NCBI GenBank assembly: GCA_043823435.1
Contig: JBDRAV010000002.1
Span: forward strand, 61,755 to 125,754
Origin: Candidatus Omnitrophota bacterium
GTDB taxonomy: Bacteria; Omnitrophota; Gorgyraeia; Gygaellales; Profunditerraquicolaceae
Length of the DNA stretch: 64,000 nucleotides
Reading direction: 5' to 3'
The stretch's first letter is position 1; each line of letters starts with the position of its first letter. Position numbers and translations under genes: made by a program. Below, piece after piece: positions 47,405-57,200 of the stretch. The notes under the pieces were generated by a model. It had not been told where the DNA came from. It was given only the letters and a program-made list of their open reading frames with translations, and ran no database searches.

Positions 47405-48994
47405 GTGGCCATAGACAAGAAGAAAAAGATATTAATCATCGGGCTGGATGGGGTTGACCCGGACCTGCTGGATAAGTTTATCAGCGAAGGGATATTGCCG
47501 AATTTTAAGAGGCTGATCGCCAACGGTGCCTACGGGAAGATAAAATCTTCCATACCAATTATAACGACGGTCACCTGGAATTCTTTTATAACCGGGAAGA
47601 ATCCCGGCAAACACGGCATATTCGGCTTCGTCAATTTTAAGAAAGGCTCTTATGAATTGAAGATATTGAATTCAGCCGACCGGAAGGCCGATGGGATATG
47701 GGGATTATTGAACCGTTTCGGGAAGACAGTCGGTATCTTTAATCTTCCGTCATTGTACCCGGCAGAGAAGATAGATAGGTTCATGGTCTGCGGGATGCTC
47801 ACCCCTAATAAAAATAGCCGTTTTATTTATCCTCACGGGCTTCAGGAAGAATTCCTTCGCGAAATAAAAGATTACGAAATAGATGTAGGGGTGGTAAAGG
47901 CGGCCTACGACAGCAAGGATATCCTGCTTAAGAATATGTATTTTTTAACTGACAAGAGGTTCGAGGCGAGCGCGTATTTATTAAATAAGTACCCCTGCGA
48001 CCTGTTTGTAACCATAATCACGGAAACAGACAGGGTCCAGCATTATTTCTTAGATGACGCTGTGGCCTTGCGTGAATATTTCAAATACCTGGATAAAAAG
48101 ACAGGAGAGCTGCTGGCGCAGGCAGGAGATGACGCCACGGTATTTATAGTCTCCGACCATGGCATGGGCGCCTTCAGCAAGTACATCTATATAAACAGGT
48201 TCCTTATGGACGGCGGGTTCTTAAAGATCAACAAGCGCTCGACAAATTACGTAAAGCATTCTTTTACTAAAAAGATAATTCAAGTTCTAAGCACATTTCT
48301 TATGCGGATGAAATTCGATGTGGAACGGCTCAAGAAGATGCTGCCGCAGGGGCTTGTAAACAGCCTTACCTACCTTTATTGTTACTACGGCGGTATTGAC
48401 TGGGGTAAGAGCAGCGCTTATTTTTGTTCGGGCACCGGCGAAGGAATAACCATCAACACAAAGAAGCGTTTCCCCGCGGGGATAGTAGAAGAGCGGGATT
48501 ATGAAGCCCTTAGGGATAATATTATAAAAGGGCTGCTTGGTATCAAGGATCCGGATACGGGAGAGAGGGTCATTGAGGCTGCCTATAAAAGGGAAGAGTT
48601 GCTGAACGGTGATCATACTCAGGAGGCCCCTGACATAATCCTGAGATTACGTGACGGTTATGCTACCAATGAATCCGTAGAAACAGAAGTTGTATTGGGA
48701 GAGCGGCCTTTGCAAGAAATGCTTCTTGCGGAACACCGTTTGGAAGGTATAATTATTGCTTATGGAAAGGACATCAGGCAGGGCGTAAGAATAGAGGGAA
48801 GCAGCATTCTGGATATCGCTCCTACGCTACTGCGCATCTTCGGGATACCCGTGCCGCAGGATTTTGACGGCAAACCGCTGGAGGAGATATTCAAGCCAGG
48901 GGTGTTGAGCTTATCAAAAACCAGACCTCTCGGCGAAGCCGAGGCGTTACAGAAAAGGATCAGAGAATTGAAATCATCCGGCAGGATAAAATAG
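47405..48994 (+). CDS. Alkaline-phosphatase-superfamily (NPP/phosphodiesterase-type) protein
   Basis: IIGLDG, PIITTVTWNSFITGKNPGKHG, DRVQH and SDHG. Confidence 0.85.
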   Translation: MAIDKKKKILIIGLDGVDPDLLDKFISEGILPNFKRLIANGAYGKIKSSIPIITTVTWNSFITGKNPGKHGIFGFVNFKKGSYELKILNSADRKADGIWGLLNRFGKTVGIFNLPSLYPAEKIDRFMVCGMLTPNKNSRFIYPHGLQEEFLREIKDYEIDVGVVKAAYDSKDILLKNMYFLTDKRFEASAYLLNKYPCDLFVTIITETDRVQHYFLDDAVALREYFKYLDKKTGELLAQAGDDATVFIVSDHGMGAFSKYIYINRFLMDGGFLKINKRSTNYVKHSFTKKIIQVLSTFLMRMKFDVERLKKMLPQGLVNSLTYLYCYYGGIDWGKSSAYFCSGTGEGITINTKKRFPAGIVEERDYEALRDNIIKGLLGIKDPDTGERVIEAAYKREELLNGDHTQEAPDIILRLRDGYATNESVETEVVLGERPLQEMLLAEHRLEGIIIAYGKDIRQGVRIEGSSILDIAPTLLRIFGIPVPQDFDGKPLEEIFKPGVLSLSKTRPLGEAEALQKRIRELKSSGRIK

Positions 48995-49017
48995 AAAATT
49001 AAGACATTAAGAGATTA

Positions 49018-49703
49018 TTGATGAGAAGGCTTAAGAACTTTATCGGACTTAAATTGATGAGCTTCTTTATAAGGCTTAATTTCCGCCTTATTACAATGTG
49101 CAACGAGAGGATATTTGAGTATCCATGGGTTTTGACGCGCTGCAAGGCCGTGCGAGGGGACAAAATAGGAGACTTTGGCTGCAAGGGTAGCATGCTGGTG
49201 CCTTATTTGTCTTCTTTGGGCTTCCAGGTCTATGGCGTAGATCTTGCCGAGGGGTTGGATTTTTCCTCGCATTTTCTGGATAACTACAAAGATTTCAAAT
49301 TCGTCAAGAGCGATATAAGAAAAATGCCTTTCCCGGATAGTTTTTTTGACGTTTCATTTTCCATATCCACCCTGGAACATATATTCTCCGATGACAATTC
49401 CTGTGAAGATAATATAGCGCTTCAGGAGATTGTCAGAGTGACTAAGTCAGGTGGCCGGATACTTCTGAGTTTTCGTACGGAAGCGGCAATGTAAGTAAGG
49501 GGCATATAGGGTATCCCTATAAGATATATAATGAAAAATCATTAAAAGAATTTTTGGATATCCCCGGATTAATATTAGAGGATATAGATTATTTTATAAA
49601 AAAAGCGCCAGTTTGGATTAAAGCAAAAAGAGAGGATATTGAAGGCCTGGATAATACAATGGAAACCCGCGGAACGGTTTGCCTGAGTCTCAAAAAAACA
49701 TAA
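49018..49703 (+). pseudogene. Class I SAM methyltransferase split by a 1-bp deletion near 49474
   Basis: ERIFEYPW, DFGC and ISTLEH; the frame continues in -1 as YGSG...YKIYNE...CLSLKKT* to 49703. Confidence 0.75.
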
Positions 49704-49714
49704 GGAGATAATAA

Positions 49715-49942
49715 ATGGATAATCAGTCTAACGAATATGTGCAGATCCCGATACCAGGTATAATTGTCGAAAAGATAAAGAAGCGCATCAAGGATACGGA
49801 GTTCTCTACGGTATCCGAATATGTAATGTTTATCCTGAAAGAGGTACTGGGCGAGGAAGATAAAAAGGATATGCTTACCGAAGAAGAGGAGAAAGAGGTA
49901 AAAGAAACCCTTAAGAAACTCGGGTATTTGAAAGATGAATAA
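49715..49942 (+). CDS. Small ribbon-helix-helix/CopG-like protein with an 'LKKLGYL' tail
   Basis: VQIP...KIKKRIKDTEFSTVSEYVMFILKEVL; good SD (AAGGAG). Confidence 0.75.
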   Translation: MDNQSNEYVQIPIPGIIVEKIKKRIKDTEFSTVSEYVMFILKEVLGEEDKKDMLTEEEEKEVKETLKKLGYLKDE

Positions 49943-51047
49943 GCCGAATGTGATAGTTCTGACCGTAGATATGGTGCGTAATGACATGCTGGGCAAATTC
50001 CCGGCTTTTAGAAAGCTAAAAGAAAAAGGCGTGCTCTTTTCTCATATGATCACCTACGCCCCATATACGATAGCTTCGCTGCACGCCATCTTTACCGGTA
50101 TGTACGGAAGGGATACGAATGTCGATGCCTATTTCAAGCCGGTAAAATTTGACAAGGACCACTGTTATACCCTTACGCAGTACTTGAAGAAGGACGGCTA
50201 TTATACCGAGGCCGACGTGATGGCGGAGTTGACCATACCGCGCTACGGCTTCGATAAATTTACCGTTCATGACGAGCATAAGGATAACCTCCTGGAGCGG
50301 CACGAGGGGGTTATCGAAAGGGCTATGCGGCAGCAGGAGAGGTTCTTTCTTTACCTGCATTACAGCAATATACATACCGAGATAGTGAAGAACGTAATCA
50401 GGAGATATACCGATTTTGACGCAGGATATTTCGGAAAGATCGATGAGAACCGCGCACAATACGAGACTTATGTGCAAAAGGCATGCGATTACGTGGAAGG
50501 GGTCATTGAGCTTTTCGACAGGCATAATTTATGGGAGAACACCTTATTTATTGTGCTCTCTGACCATGGCTGCGGTATCGGCGAGAAACCGGGGGAAAAG
50601 GCATATGGGGTATATACCTATGATTATTCTATCAAGGTATTCTCTTTCTTCATATACCCGAAGTTTTTACCGCAGAACAAGGAGGTCGGTATCCAGGTAA
50701 GAAGCGTAGATATAATGCCTACGGTACTGGATATCCTGGGTATAGAACCCGATAATGCATATAAACAGATGAGAGGCGCATCATTGATGGAGATGATACG
50801 GGATAGAGATAGTACTGACAGGATCGCTTTCGCGGAAACCGGCGGACTCGAAGGCCCGTATCCGTCCCCCTATCAACCGAACGTAAAGTGCATACGTTCC
50901 AGGAAATGGAAGCTTATCTATAATAGCACAACCGGAGCAAAAGAGCTCTACGATCTGGAGAATGACCCTGGTGAGAAGGATAATTGCATAGATAAATATC
51001 CGGAGCCGGCGTCTGAGCTCTGGAGCGAACTTTCAAAGAATATATAA
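49935..51047 (+). CDS. Sulfatase-fold protein lacking the CxPxR motif
   Basis: NVIVLTVD, APYTIASLHAIFTG, SDHG and ELYDLENDPGE. Confidence 0.82.
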   Translation: MNKPNVIVLTVDMVRNDMLGKFPAFRKLKEKGVLFSHMITYAPYTIASLHAIFTGMYGRDTNVDAYFKPVKFDKDHCYTLTQYLKKDGYYTEADVMAELTIPRYGFDKFTVHDEHKDNLLERHEGVIERAMRQQERFFLYLHYSNIHTEIVKNVIRRYTDFDAGYFGKIDENRAQYETYVQKACDYVEGVIELFDRHNLWENTLFIVLSDHGCGIGEKPGEKAYGVYTYDYSIKVFSFFIYPKFLPQNKEVGIQVRSVDIMPTVLDILGIEPDNAYKQMRGASLMEMIRDRDSTDRIAFAETGGLEGPYPSPYQPNVKCIRSRKWKLIYNSTTGAKELYDLENDPGEKDNCIDKYPEPASELWSELSKNI

Positions 51048-51051
51048 AATA

Positions 51052-52197
51052 ATGATACAGGCACACGGCGGAAAGCTGGTTAACAGGGTTTTATCCAAAG
51101 AGGATGTATCGCAGATAATCTCACGTTCCAGGTATCTTATGCATTTGAGGGTTGACCATGACACCCTGTTGGATTTAGAGAATATTGCGCTAGGTGTATA
51201 CAGCCCCTTAAAAGGATTTATGGCTGAGGATGAATTCAAGAGCGTGGTATTAAGAAGACGCCTGTCGGATGGGCTGCCTTGGACTATACCCATTGTATTG
51301 CCTGTTAGCAAGGCAGAAGCTAAGAAGCTTTCGCGTTCCGAGATATTGCTCTGTGACCAGGGTGGCCTCCCGATAGGCATTATCAAGCCAGGGGCCCCTT
51401 ACACCATACATAGGGCCAGGGCGGTAAAGCACATATTCGGAACAACCAGCATGAAACACCCCGGGGTGCATAAATTCTATCAGGGATCTGATATATTCCT
51501 GGGTGGCGAGATCTCGCTGATCCGCAAAAATAAATATCCTTTTTATGATTTTAACCTGGAGCCCGCCAAAACCAGGGAGTTGATCCGTAAGAAGAAGTGG
51601 AAGACGATAGCGGGGTTTCAGACCCGTAATATCCCGCACCGGGCGCATGAATTCCTGCAAAAGATAGGCCTCTCGGTGGTAGACGGTATCCTTATCCATC
51701 CTATTATCGGATGGAAGAAAAAAGGGGATTTTAACCCGGAGGTGATCATAAAGGCGTACCAGATACTCATCGAACACTACTATCCGCGTGACCGAGTGAT
51801 ATTCTCAGGGCTTGCTACGGCGATGAGGTATGCAGGCCCGCTGGAAGCGGTCTTCCACGCCATTATACGCAAGAATTTTGGATGTACCCACTTTATTGTA
51901 GGCAGGGACCACGCAGGGGTGGGAGGGTTTTACGATAAATATGCCGCGCACCGCATATTTGATAAGTTTCCCGATTTAGGGATAGTCCCCATGCTCTTAA
52001 ACGGCCCTTATTATTGCAAAAAGTGCCTGAGCGTGGTAAGCGACAAGATATGCCCGCATCGCGATACGCACAATATCGAGATAAGCGGTACGCTCATCCG
52101 CCGCATGATCTCCCGGGGAGAACGCATACCGGATGAATATCTGCGCGAAGAGGTCGGAGAGTTTATCTATAAGCATAAAGACAGGTGTTTTATCTGA
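51052..52197 (+). CDS. sat: Sulfate adenylyltransferase
   Basis: HGGKLV, YSPLKGFM, FQTRNIPHRAHE, RYAGP and IVGRDHAGVG. Confidence 0.95.
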   Translation: MIQAHGGKLVNRVLSKEDVSQIISRSRYLMHLRVDHDTLLDLENIALGVYSPLKGFMAEDEFKSVVLRRRLSDGLPWTIPIVLPVSKAEAKKLSRSEILLCDQGGLPIGIIKPGAPYTIHRARAVKHIFGTTSMKHPGVHKFYQGSDIFLGGEISLIRKNKYPFYDFNLEPAKTRELIRKKKWKTIAGFQTRNIPHRAHEFLQKIGLSVVDGILIHPIIGWKKKGDFNPEVIIKAYQILIEHYYPRDRVIFSGLATAMRYAGPLEAVFHAIIRKNFGCTHFIVGRDHAGVGGFYDKYAAHRIFDKFPDLGIVPMLLNGPYYCKKCLSVVSDKICPHRDTHNIEISGTLIRRMISRGERIPDEYLREEVGEFIYKHKDRCFI

Positions 52198-52210
52198 AAG
52201 GAGAAGAGTA

Positions 52211-53671
52211 ATGGTAAAAATAATCTCCACAATAAGCCCGAAGACAGGTAGGCTTAAAGGGATAGACGTCGGAAGGATAAATTGCGCATTCGGCCCAAAA
52301 GAAGAGATCGCGCAGCTTGCCGGAAAGATAAAAGGCCCCTGGGGCTATCAATTACTACTGGACCTGCCGATCAACAGGAAGAAGATACGTACAAATGAAC
52401 TCTCTGCCGAAGAACTCATCGCCCTTGCCATACGCATAAAACCACAATATGTGGCTTTATCTTACGTAAAGTCCCACCGCGATATCGAAAGCTTCCGCAA
52501 GCACTTCGAGAAGACGGGGATACAAATAGTTTCTAAGATCGAGGCTGCCGAGGCGATGGAAGACCTGGACAGGATAATCCTTTTTTCGGACGCGGTAATG
52601 ATAGACAGGGGCGACCTTGCCGTTTCCATAGGTATAGAGAAACTGCACCAGGCGCAGAAGAGGATAGTGCGTAAATGCAATGAGCTCGGCAGGCAGGTCA
52701 TCGTAGCCACGGAGTTCCTCTTATCCATGGTTGACAATAATCAACCCACCAAGTCCGAGGTCGTGGATATAGCTAATGCCATCTCTGACGGCGCTGATTT
52801 CATAATGCTTTCCGAAGAGACCGCTATCGGTAATTTCTCGCAGCATTCTGTGGACGTGATCAAGAAGATCATCGCAGAGCTGGAGGACAAATATAAGGTA
52901 ATACTCCTTTCCGCCGGGGCTTCCATAGGGATGGGGGCGCTTACCGCACAACGCCATACCTGCCTTGTAGATATAGGCAATACGACTATCCTAGAGACGC
53001 AGCTGGCGGCTTGCAGGTATTGCAATATCAACGACGAAGATATCGTGATAGCCACGGGGAAAGGGGATTCGGCCATACGCGACTTCGTGCACCACAAACT
53101 TAAGAAAACAGATATAGAATTTGTTTATAACCCCTGGTATGAGAATTCCAATATGCTGGTTACGATATGGCTGGCGCGTGAATTTATCCGTAAGGGCTTT
53201 ATCGTGATTTACGGGGATGTTATTTTTGACCCCGAGATCTTAAAGCGAATCATCAAAAACCAGGACGACATCGTCCTGGGGGTGGAGAAGAAGAGGTGCG
53301 ACGAAGAGGATGAAAAGATCTGTATCAAAGACGGTATAATGACCCTGTCCAAGGAATACGCCAGCCTGCCGTTTCCCAGGCACAAGTGCATACCCGTCAA
53401 TGAAGCTTACGGAGAATTCATTGGTATCGCGAAGTTCAACCGATGGGGCGCTAATATACTTATAAATGAAATGGATAAGATCGTAAGAGAGAGCGACCTG
53501 AAGATCTATCTTATGGAGGCCTTTGAGCACCTTGCGGCAAAAGGGTATAGACTGAATATCGAAGATATCACCGGCCTTCCCTGGAATGACAATGATACCA
53601 TATATGACCTGAATTTAACGCGCGATAAGGTATTGCCAGATATGCGCAAAAGGCATAACCGCATTTTTTGA
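52211..53671 (+). CDS. Fusion of a pyruvate-kinase-like barrel and a LicC-like nucleotidyltransferase
   Basis: N-half: SKIE, DRGDL, ATE..LSM, PTKSE, DGAD.IMLSEETA. C-half: VILLSAG, VYNPWYENSN, YGDVIF, GEFIGIAKF, W..ND...D. Confidence 0.78.
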   Translation: MVKIISTISPKTGRLKGIDVGRINCAFGPKEEIAQLAGKIKGPWGYQLLLDLPINRKKIRTNELSAEELIALAIRIKPQYVALSYVKSHRDIESFRKHFEKTGIQIVSKIEAAEAMEDLDRIILFSDAVMIDRGDLAVSIGIEKLHQAQKRIVRKCNELGRQVIVATEFLLSMVDNNQPTKSEVVDIANAISDGADFIMLSEETAIGNFSQHSVDVIKKIIAELEDKYKVILLSAGASIGMGALTAQRHTCLVDIGNTTILETQLAACRYCNINDEDIVIATGKGDSAIRDFVHHKLKKTDIEFVYNPWYENSNMLVTIWLAREFIRKGFIVIYGDVIFDPEILKRIIKNQDDIVLGVEKKRCDEEDEKICIKDGIMTLSKEYASLPFPRHKCIPVNEAYGEFIGIAKFNRWGANILINEMDKIVRESDLKIYLMEAFEHLAAKGYRLNIEDITGLPWNDNDTIYDLNLTRDKVLPDMRKRHNRIF

Positions 53672-53672
53672 T

Positions 53673-55433
53673 ATGCTTAAACCCGGTAAGAATATACTTA
53701 TAATACTGCTGTTTTTCATTATCGCCTCGATATTTACTTATCCGCTGGCCCTGAAGATGGATAAGGCGATACCGGGTTTTGGCAGTACGGACGAACCTTT
53801 TGCAGTAATATCTAATATGTGGTTAGTAAAATATAGCTCCCAGCGCGGGATAGACCTGAAGAATAATGACTATATAGCTTATCCTTTCGGAGTAGACCTG
53901 ACCGCTTACTGGGGGAGCTCATACCTTTGGGAATACCTAAAGAATACCCTGTCTTTTATCACAAGCCATATCGTTGCCTTTAATATCCTGATATTCATGA
54001 GTTTTATCCTTTCGGGGTGGTTCACTTACCTGTTGGTTTACCGCCTCACTGGTTCCGCTGTGGCAGGGATATTCTCCGGGGCGATATTCTCACTGTGCCC
54101 GTATCATTTTGCCCGTGTCTGGCAGCACCTGGCGCTTTCCCAGATCCAATGGATGCCGTTATATCTGTTAAGCCTGCTATCTTTCAAGGATAAGCCCGTT
54201 CCTAGAAATATATTTTTTGTCGCGGTATCTTTATTTTTAGTGGTTTCTTTTAATTTTTATTACGCCTATTTTATGGCGGTGGCGAGCGCCCTCTTCGTCG
54301 TTTTTATTATTAAGGAGAACGGTATTAGAAGGGCGGCGTTTAATTATATATCGAAACTTTTTCTTGCCTACTTGATAGTCTTGGTCATGATAGCACCTAA
54401 CCTGTGGGAGGTTTATAAGTATAAGAATTCATCCAGGCGCGATATCCCGCTTGAACATAATATTGCGCAGCGCCCCTTCGATGATTTATTTTCGCAATCC
54501 GCAAGGCCGTTAAGTTATATTTTACCTTCCAGCGAACACCCTCTTTTCGGGGGGATTGCCCGGATCTTCCTGGGCAGTAAATTATACGGCGAAAGCCTTA
54601 CGGAACATGCGCTTTATCTGGGGTGGATACCGCTTATTCTCGCTTTTATGGTTTATCGTAAGTGCAGGAAAGACGCGCATAAACTAAAATATAAGAAGGA
54701 TGTTTTCTGCCTCGATTTCTTTGTATGGCTTGCCGTTATCAGCTGGTTATTTTCGCAGCCCCCATGGTGGCAGATAGGTCCGTTTAGGGTATATATGCCG
54801 TCTTTTTTTATGTATAAAGCCCTGCCGATGTTCAGGGCATATTGCAGGTTCGGCGTAGTCCTGATGTTGGCAGTCGCGGTGCTGGCGGGTTTTGGCCTGA
54901 GGTACCTTTTGGAGCGTTATAATAATAAGGCGTTAAAAGGGGTACTGGTTACGGTCGTATTTGGCATGCTTTTCTTTGAGTTCCTGAACTTTCCGCCCCT
55001 CAAGGTCATAGAATTAGATAATTCCCCAGCGGTATACGAGTGGTTAAGCAAACAGAAGGGTGATTTTGCGGTAGCAGAATACCCGCTTGATTACCAGAGC
55101 CAAAACGTGTATTATTTATTCTATCAGACCGTGCACCGTAAAAAGATTATAAATGCTAGTAATCCCGGGACTTACGCCAGCAGTGTCGCGAAGCTTATCC
55201 GTACACTCTCCGATCCCGATACCGTTAAAATCCTGAATTGGATGGGGGTAAAGTATGTGATAGTCCATCGCGACGATTATATAAATACAGGGTTGATCGA
55301 TGAGATAGATGAGGCAAAGAAGATATCCTTTAACCCTCTGTTGAAATTTGTACGGAGTTTTCCTGATACGGATTTATACGCGATAAATACCCGCGAGAAA
55401 TTGGATCCGGAGACGTTGTTGCGTTCTCCATAA
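53673..55433 (+). CDS. Multi-TM membrane protein, GT-C/YfhO-like glycosyltransferase
   Basis: Early periplasmic loop with DE, YPFG, many transmembrane helices and a soluble C-terminus (GVKYVIVH). Confidence 0.6.
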   Translation: MLKPGKNILIILLFFIIASIFTYPLALKMDKAIPGFGSTDEPFAVISNMWLVKYSSQRGIDLKNNDYIAYPFGVDLTAYWGSSYLWEYLKNTLSFITSHIVAFNILIFMSFILSGWFTYLLVYRLTGSAVAGIFSGAIFSLCPYHFARVWQHLALSQIQWMPLYLLSLLSFKDKPVPRNIFFVAVSLFLVVSFNFYYAYFMAVASALFVVFIIKENGIRRAAFNYISKLFLAYLIVLVMIAPNLWEVYKYKNSSRRDIPLEHNIAQRPFDDLFSQSARPLSYILPSSEHPLFGGIARIFLGSKLYGESLTEHALYLGWIPLILAFMVYRKCRKDAHKLKYKKDVFCLDFFVWLAVISWLFSQPPWWQIGPFRVYMPSFFMYKALPMFRAYCRFGVVLMLAVAVLAGFGLRYLLERYNNKALKGVLVTVVFGMLFFEFLNFPPLKVIELDNSPAVYEWLSKQKGDFAVAEYPLDYQSQNVYYLFYQTVHRKKIINASNPGTYASSVAKLIRTLSDPDTVKILNWMGVKYVIVHRDDYINTGLIDEIDEAKKISFNPLLKFVRSFPDTDLYAINTREKLDPETLLRSP

Positions 55434-55451
55434 CCATTAATAAGTACGGAT

Positions 55452-56186
55452 ATGCGTAGAAACAAGGTTACCGATATACAGACAGTTATATTATGCGGCG
55501 GAAAAGGTGCACGCATGGGGTTTCAGGATATCCCCAAGCCGATGTTCGGCATAGGAGAGAGGCCGATACTCTGGCATATCATGAATATATATGCGCATTA
55601 CGGTTTCAATGATTTTATCCTTTCGCTGGGTTATAAGAAAGAAATAATCAAGGAGTATTTCAGGGATTACCATGAATGGCATATCTGTTTTGCGGATACG
55701 GGGCTGGATACGAATACCGGAGGTAGGATCAAGAAGGTCGAACGCTTCATAAAGGGTGATACCTTCTTCGTAACTTACGGTGACGGGTTAAGCAATATAA
55801 ACCTGAATGCCCTGTTAGATTTTCATAAACGCCATAAAAAGATCGCAACTCTGGCTTCCGTACGGCCGTATTCACAGTTTGGCGTCATGAGTATTGATGC
55901 GCATACTGGAGTTGTCACAAATTTCCAGGAGAAGCCGGTATTAGATCACTGGATAAACGGTGGATTCTTTGTATTTAACCGCGAGGTATTCAGATACCTT
56001 AAGGTTACAGATATCCTGGAGAGCGATACCTTTTCAAGATTAGTAAAGGATAAAAACCTGGTTGCGTATAAGCATGCCGGGTTCTGGGAATGCATGGATA
56101 CCTATAAGGATAACTTACGTTTAAACCAGCTCTGGAAAGCAGGGAATGCGCCGTGGGCGGTATGGCGCAAAGGAAAGGGAAGATGA
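55452..56186 (+). CDS. rfbF: Glucose-1-phosphate cytidylyltransferase
   Basis: ILCGGKGAR, PKPM, TGGRIK, TYGDG and FWECMDT. Confidence 0.88.
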   Translation: MRRNKVTDIQTVILCGGKGARMGFQDIPKPMFGIGERPILWHIMNIYAHYGFNDFILSLGYKKEIIKEYFRDYHEWHICFADTGLDTNTGGRIKKVERFIKGDTFFVTYGDGLSNINLNALLDFHKRHKKIATLASVRPYSQFGVMSIDAHTGVVTNFQEKPVLDHWINGGFFVFNREVFRYLKVTDILESDTFSRLVKDKNLVAYKHAGFWECMDTYKDNLRLNQLWKAGNAPWAVWRKGKGR

Positions 56187-57190
56187 AAGAAAATTTCTGG
56201 AAAAACAAGAGAGTTATCGTGACCGGAGCGAACGGATTTTTAGCCTCGCATTTAACGGTTTCTTTGCTGGATAGAGAAGCGATGGTCGTGGGCCTGGTCA
56301 AAGAGGCCATACCCGGTTCTCTTTTAGAAGCTAGGACAAAACGGCATAAGTATAAAGACTTGAAAATAATTAAAGGCGACATCGTTGACCGCGCATTTGT
56401 GAGGAAATGCTTTAAGGCGTATAAACCGCATTTTTGTTTTCATGTGGCAGCCCAGGCGATAGTCGGGAAGGCCAATAGGTCGCCCCTGTCTACCTTAAAG
56501 ACGAATATAGAGGGCACATGGAATATACTTGAAGCGGTAAGAGAATTATCCCCGGATACTAATATAATTGTAGCCTCAAGCGATAAGGCGTACGGAGAGC
56601 ATAAAATACTGCCCTATACAGAGTCAGCGGCTTTACAGGCGATGCACCCTTATGACGCGTCCAAGGCCTGCGCTGATATACTGACGCGTACTTACGCTCA
56701 TACCTATGGCCTCGCGGCAGCGGTGACCCGGTGCGCGAACATATACGGTCCGGGAGATTTGAATTTTTCGCGCATCATTCCGGATACCGTAAGGTCCGTA
56801 TTCCTGAAGAGGGATCCCGTGATACGCAGCGATGGGACGCCGCTTAGAGATTACATATTTGTCGATGATGTGGTTGATGCCTATCTGGTGCTGGCCAGGA
56901 GCCTCTATTTTTACAAGGATAAGGTCGCGGGAGAGGCTTTTAATTTCGGCAGCGGCAAGCCAGTAAGCGTTTTGGATCTCGTAAAATTAATCATAAGATT
57001 ATCCGGTTCCATGAACCTTAAGCCCCGTATCCTGAGTAAGCGCAAAATCAAGGGAGAGATAGATAGGCAGTATCTTTCAAGCAGCAAAGCGCATAAGGTA
57101 TTGAACTGGAGCCCGGAATATGGCTTAAGAGAGGGTTTAAGCAGGACTATGGCATGGTACCGTGATTATTTAAGAATAAAGCAGGATTGA
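56183..57190 (+). CDS. CDP-glucose 4,6-dehydratase-like SDR
   Basis: FWKNKRVIVTG, ASSDKAYG, PYDASKA and NIYGPGD; follows rfbF. Confidence 0.82.
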   Translation: MKENFWKNKRVIVTGANGFLASHLTVSLLDREAMVVGLVKEAIPGSLLEARTKRHKYKDLKIIKGDIVDRAFVRKCFKAYKPHFCFHVAAQAIVGKANRSPLSTLKTNIEGTWNILEAVRELSPDTNIIVASSDKAYGEHKILPYTESAALQAMHPYDASKACADILTRTYAHTYGLAAAVTRCANIYGPGDLNFSRIIPDTVRSVFLKRDPVIRSDGTPLRDYIFVDDVVDAYLVLARSLYFYKDKVAGEAFNFGSGKPVSVLDLVKLIIRLSGSMNLKPRILSKRKIKGEIDRQYLSSSKAHKVLNWSPEYGLREGLSRTMAWYRDYLRIKQD

Positions 57191-57200
57191 CCGGATATAA

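Noticed and set aside
51052-52197. Dissimilatory or assimilatory sulfate reduction
   Set aside because: No apr, dsr or cysH nearby; sat is embedded in a glycan locus.
52211-53671. Phosphonate biosynthesis (suggested by the LicC-like cytidylyltransferase)
   Set aside because: No PEP mutase (EDKxxxxxNS motif) or phosphonopyruvate decarboxylase is in the window.
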